From a virus (lineage: Duplodnaviria > Heunggongvirae > Uroviricota > Caudoviricetes): a stretch of 54,394 nucleotides of DNA. Below the pieces are notes generated by a model, which worked only from the letters and a program-made list of their open reading frames with translations, was not told the origin of the DNA and made no database searches. The stretch lies in the IMG/VR virus record IMGVR_UViG_2541047847_000004; one strand, given 5' to 3'. The translations under genes were made by a program, and so were the position numbers. How positions within the stretch are numbered: the first letter of the stretch is position 1; each line of letters opens with the position of its first letter. This document shows positions 49,894 to 54,394 of the stretch, piece after piece.

Positions 49894-52227
49894 ATGAAAA
49901 TGAACGTAACCGCCACCGTCAGCCATGCGCTCGGCCACTGGCCGCGTATTCTCCCGGCGCTGGGGATTCAGGTGCTGAAGAACCGTCATCAGCCCTGTCC
50001 GGTCTGTGGCGGGAGTGACCGCTTCCGTTTTGATGACAGGGAGGGGCGTGGCACCTGGTACTGCAATCAGTGTGGTGCCGGTGACGGCCTGAAACTGGTT
50101 GAAAAGGTGTTTGGTGTTTCCCCGTCCGACGCGGCCGCAAAGGTGGCTGCCGTGACCGGCAGCCTGCCACCGGCTGACCCGGCAGTGACGGCCGCCGCCG
50201 TTGCTGAAACAGAAGCCGCCCGGAAGAACGCCGCCGCACTGGCACAAACCCTGATGGCGAAAACCCGTCCCGGAACCGGTAACGCCTACCTGACCCGCAA
50301 GGGCTTTCCCGGCCGGGAATGCCGGATGCTGACCGGCACACACAGAGCCGGTGGCGTGAGCTGGCGCGCCGGTGACCTTGTGGTGCCACTGTATGACGAC
50401 AGCGGCGAACTGGTTAACCTTCAGTTAATCAGTGCTGACGGCCGTAAGCGCACCCTGAAAGGCGGACAGGTCAGGGGCACCTGTCACATCCTTGAAGGAC
50501 AGAATCAGACCGGAAAACGTCTGTGGATAGCGGAGGGATACGCGACCGCACTTACCGTGCATCACCTGACCGGTGAAACGGTGATGGTGGCGCTTTCTTC
50601 CGTGAACCTCCTTTCTCTGGCCAGCCTTGCCCGGCAGAAGCATCCGGCCTGTCAGATTGTCCTTGCCGCAGACCGTGACCTCAGCGGTGACGGCCAGAAA
50701 AAAGCCGCCGCAGCCGCAGATGCGTGTGAAGGTGTTGTTGCCCTGCCGCCGGTCTTCGGTGACTGGAATGATGCCTTCACGCAGTACGGCGGGGAAGCCA
50801 CCCGTAAGGCCATTTACGATGCCATCCGGCCACCGGCTGAAAGCCCGTTCGACACCATGAGCGAAGCGGAGTTTTCCGCCATGAGTACCAGCGAAAAGGC
50901 CATGCGTATCTATGAGCATTACGGCGAGGCGCTCGCGGTCGATGCCAACGGCCAGCTTCTGTCCCGCTATGAAAATGGTGTCTGGAAGGTGCTGCCGCCA
51001 CAGGACTTTGCCCGGGATGTGGCCGGGCTGTTTCAGCGGCTGCGCGCGCCGTTCTCCTCCGGGAAGGTGGCCTCCGTGGTGGACACCCTGAAGCTGATTA
51101 TTCCGCAGCAGGAAGCCCCCTCCCGCCGCCTGATTGGCTTTCGTAACGGCGTGCTCGACACGCAGAACGGCACGTTCCACCCGCACAGTCCGTCACACTG
51201 GATGCGCACCCTGTGCGATGTGGATTTCACCCCACCGGTGGAAGGGGAAACGCTGGAAACCCACGCCCCCGCGTTCTGGCGCTGGCTTGACCGTGCCGCC
51301 GGTGGCCGTGCGGAAAAACGCGACGTGATTCTGGCCGCACTGTTTATGGTGCTGGCAAACCGCTACGACTGGCAGCTCTTTCTGGAGGTGACCGGTCCCG
51401 GCGGCAGCGGCAAAAGTATCATGGCCGAAATAGCCACCCTGCTGGCCGGGGAGGATAACGCCACGTCGGCCACCATTGAGACGCTGGAATCCCCGCGTGA
51501 ACGTGCCGCGTTAACTGGCTTCTCACTGATACGCCTGCCGGACCAGGAAAAATGGAGCGGCGACGGTGCCGGACTCAAGGCCATCACCGGCGGCGATGCG
51601 GTGTCCGTGGACCCGAAATACCGGGATGCGTACTCCACGCATATCCCGGCGGTGATTCTGGCCGTGAACAATAACCCGATGCGCTTCACCGACCGCAGCG
51701 GCGGCGTGTCACGCCGGCGGGTGATTATTCACTTCCCGGAACAGATAGCCCCGCAGGAGCGCGACCCGCAGCTTAAGGACAAAATCACCCGCGAGCTGGC
51801 GGTCATCGTGCGTCACCTGATGCAGAAATTCAGCGACCCGATGCTCGCCCGGTCACTGCTTCAGTCCCAGCAGAACTCAGACGAGGCGCTGAACATCAAA
51901 CGGGATGCCGACCCGACGTTTGATTTTATCGGCTATCTGGAAACCCTGCCGCAGACCAGCGGCATGTATATGGGGAACGCCAGTATCATCCCGCGCAATT
52001 ACCGTAAATACCTCTATCACGCCTATCTGGCCTACATGGAGGCAAACGGCTACCGGAATGTACTCAGTCTGAAAATGTTCGGGCTGGGGCTGCCGGTGAT
52101 GCTGAAGGAATACGGACTGAATTACGAGAAGCGCCATACCAAACAGGGGATACAGACCAACCTGACGCTGAAAGAGGAAAGCTACGGCGACTGGCTGCCA
52201 AAATGTGACGACCCTGCGACAGCCTGA
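49894..52227 (+). CDS. alpha: Alpha primase-helicase (P4 alpha-like)
   Basis: 777 aa: N-terminal Zn-binding CPVCGG...CNQCG, TOPRIM-like region, P-loop VTGPGGSGKS. Confidence 0.9.
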   Translation: MKMNVTATVSHALGHWPRILPALGIQVLKNRHQPCPVCGGSDRFRFDDREGRGTWYCNQCGAGDGLKLVEKVFGVSPSDAAAKVAAVTGSLPPADPAVTAAAVAETEAARKNAAALAQTLMAKTRPGTGNAYLTRKGFPGRECRMLTGTHRAGGVSWRAGDLVVPLYDDSGELVNLQLISADGRKRTLKGGQVRGTCHILEGQNQTGKRLWIAEGYATALTVHHLTGETVMVALSSVNLLSLASLARQKHPACQIVLAADRDLSGDGQKKAAAAADACEGVVALPPVFGDWNDAFTQYGGEATRKAIYDAIRPPAESPFDTMSEAEFSAMSTSEKAMRIYEHYGEALAVDANGQLLSRYENGVWKVLPPQDFARDVAGLFQRLRAPFSSGKVASVVDTLKLIIPQQEAPSRRLIGFRNGVLDTQNGTFHPHSPSHWMRTLCDVDFTPPVEGETLETHAPAFWRWLDRAAGGRAEKRDVILAALFMVLANRYDWQLFLEVTGPGGSGKSIMAEIATLLAGEDNATSATIETLESPRERAALTGFSLIRLPDQEKWSGDGAGLKAITGGDAVSVDPKYRDAYSTHIPAVILAVNNNPMRFTDRSGGVSRRRVIIHFPEQIAPQERDPQLKDKITRELAVIVRHLMQKFSDPMLARSLLQSQQNSDEALNIKRDADPTFDFIGYLETLPQTSGMYMGNASIIPRNYRKYLYHAYLAYMEANGYRNVLSLKMFGLGLPVMLKEYGLNYEKRHTKQGIQTNLTLKEESYGDWLPKCDDPATA

Positions 52228-52234
52228 CCCACCT

Positions 52235-52259
52235 GACCGGCATCTGCCGGTCTTTTTTT
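52235..52259 (+). terminator. Intrinsic terminator after alpha
   Basis: gaccggc-atct-gccggtc followed by seven T. Confidence 0.6.
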
Positions 52260-52269
52260 ATCCCTGAAT

Positions 52270-52590
52270 TCCCCGAAGGTGAACAATCCACTGTTCACCC
52301 TTCACCGTATATTCACCTGTTATCACACTGAAATTAAAAGAGAAAAACGAAAGGTGAACAGTGTGAACAATCAAATCAAAAAAAACTTTTTTTCTCCCTG
52401 TGTGATTTCAGTACGGGGGATTAATCACCGGTATGAGTCACACCGGCAGAATGCCGGAGGTGAAGAATCGAATGTTCACCCTTCACCCATTATTCACCAC
52501 CTATCATACTGAAATAAAAGGAGAAAAAAGAAAGGTGAACAGTGTGAACAGTTCTTTCGAAAAAAAATTTTTTTTCTGTACGATATAGCA
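52270..52590. repeat. Origin-like region: two ~95-bp direct repeats each containing TGTTCACC/GGTGAACA iterons and flanked by A/T runs
   Basis: Units at 52278-52372 and 52459-52553 are near-identical. Confidence 0.55.
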
Positions 52591-52712
52591 TCAATCCAAG
52601 TAAAAATGCGCTTTCATTTCACATTAACTTACAGCCATTGGTATACGATTAGGTATACGTACAAAAACTGAATTAAACAAAATCATTAAAAATCAAAACA
52701 ATACAGCATTTA

Positions 52713-52734
52713 TTCAAACTCCGCCAGCCCACCA
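52713..52734 (+). repeat. Diverged copy of the ssrA 3' end (probable attR of the P4-like element)
   Basis: TTCAAACTCCGCCAGCCCACCA vs TTCAACTCCCGCCAGCTCCACCA at 40919-40941. Confidence 0.4.
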
Positions 52735-52861
52735 ATCATGATTGGACGGTGTAAGGACTACACCAACAAAAACAGGAAGTTATAAGTCTCAGCAGGACAC
52801 CGACCAGACGGTGAGGAGACAAAAAAGGATACGCAACGGAGTCGCGACTCCCTATGACATT

Positions 52862-52890
52862 AAAGCCCGCTGATGCGGGCTTTTTTATTG
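52862..52890 (+). terminator. Intrinsic terminator
   Basis: aaagcccgc-tgat-gcgggcttt followed by ttttatt. Confidence 0.5.
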
Positions 52891-53317
52891 GTCCTGACCC
52901 GCCCTGAATAGAATTCATCCAATTACAGTCCAGACATATACAGTATCCCTCAGCTCAGTATCAGCTTCTCGACAAATGGTCACTGTTATTTACCCGTTGC
53001 CAGAAAGAGAATAATTTGCCCCCATAGCCAGCCTTCCCGGAATCTGTATATTCATTAATATTGTTATCGATTCCATCAAGTAACATAGGTTGGATGCGAT
53101 TGATCTTACTCACATTAGTCGACACGGAACTCAGTAAGTTGAACTCTGGAAAAGCAGTTTAAATAGCATTTAAACAAATGCCACCAGTTCGAAAAAGAGT
53201 ATAAGCACACTTAATATATTGTTTTAATTATTCATTTCCTTTCAACCCAATTCTTATCCCTCACATTATTTGTTATTAATTTGTTGTTTTTGATCACAAT
53301 AAGAAAACAATATGTAA

Positions 53318-54394
<1,077 letters not shown>

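Larger units (their letters stand above)
40910..52734. mobile_element. P4-like phage satellite integrated at ssrA
   Basis: P4-type int, psu-delta-sid block, alpA-like, icd-like, alpha primase, TGTTCACC iterons; bounded by ssrA 3'-end repeat (40910) and a diverged copy (52713-52734). Confidence 0.75.

Noticed and set aside
49852-51230. Antisense ORFs (up to 253 aa) opposite alpha
   Set aside because: Arg/Pro-rich translations typical of GC-rich antisense frames; alpha on the + strand has clear motifs.
52736-52918. 60-aa ORF on the minus strand near the satellite end
   Set aside because: Overlaps a + strand terminator hairpin and the att-like repeat region; no RBS.

Overview
This 54.4-kb window reads as an Escherichia-type accessory region lying between a tmRNA (ssrA) attachment-site repeat and the core gene csiD/glaH. 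All calls are from reading the sequence and the supplied ORF track; no database search was run, so family names are from recognised motifs and gene order. Contents, left to right: (1) an EcoRII-like type II restriction-modification pair (R at 1-1209, Dcm-like methyltransferase convergent at 1244-2677) followed by a GIY-YIG protein; (2) an apparently intact ~36-kb e14-related lambdoid prophage: Pin invertase with an invertible tail-fibre segment, Mu-like contractile tail and baseplate, HK97-type head, terminase, lysis cassette, Q antiterminator, nin-like region with RusA, a LexA-DNA-binding-domain-only protein and an orphan Dam methyltransferase, an O-like replication gene with internal iterons, cro/cI switch, a YfdPQR-like module, xis/int; (3) at the int-proximal prophage end, a compact 3-gene operon (GHKL-type ATPase, small possibly STAS-like protein, membrane-anchored protein) that I cannot assign to any described system and consider the best candidate for something new; (4) a 32-bp copy of the ssrA 3' end; (5) an ~11.8-kb P4-like satellite carrying a SIR2-HerA defence pair between int and psu, plus psu-delta-sid, alpA-like, icd-like, alpha primase and TGTTCACC iteron clusters; (6) csiD/glaH. 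No CRISPR array, intact tRNA or reverse transcriptase was seen.
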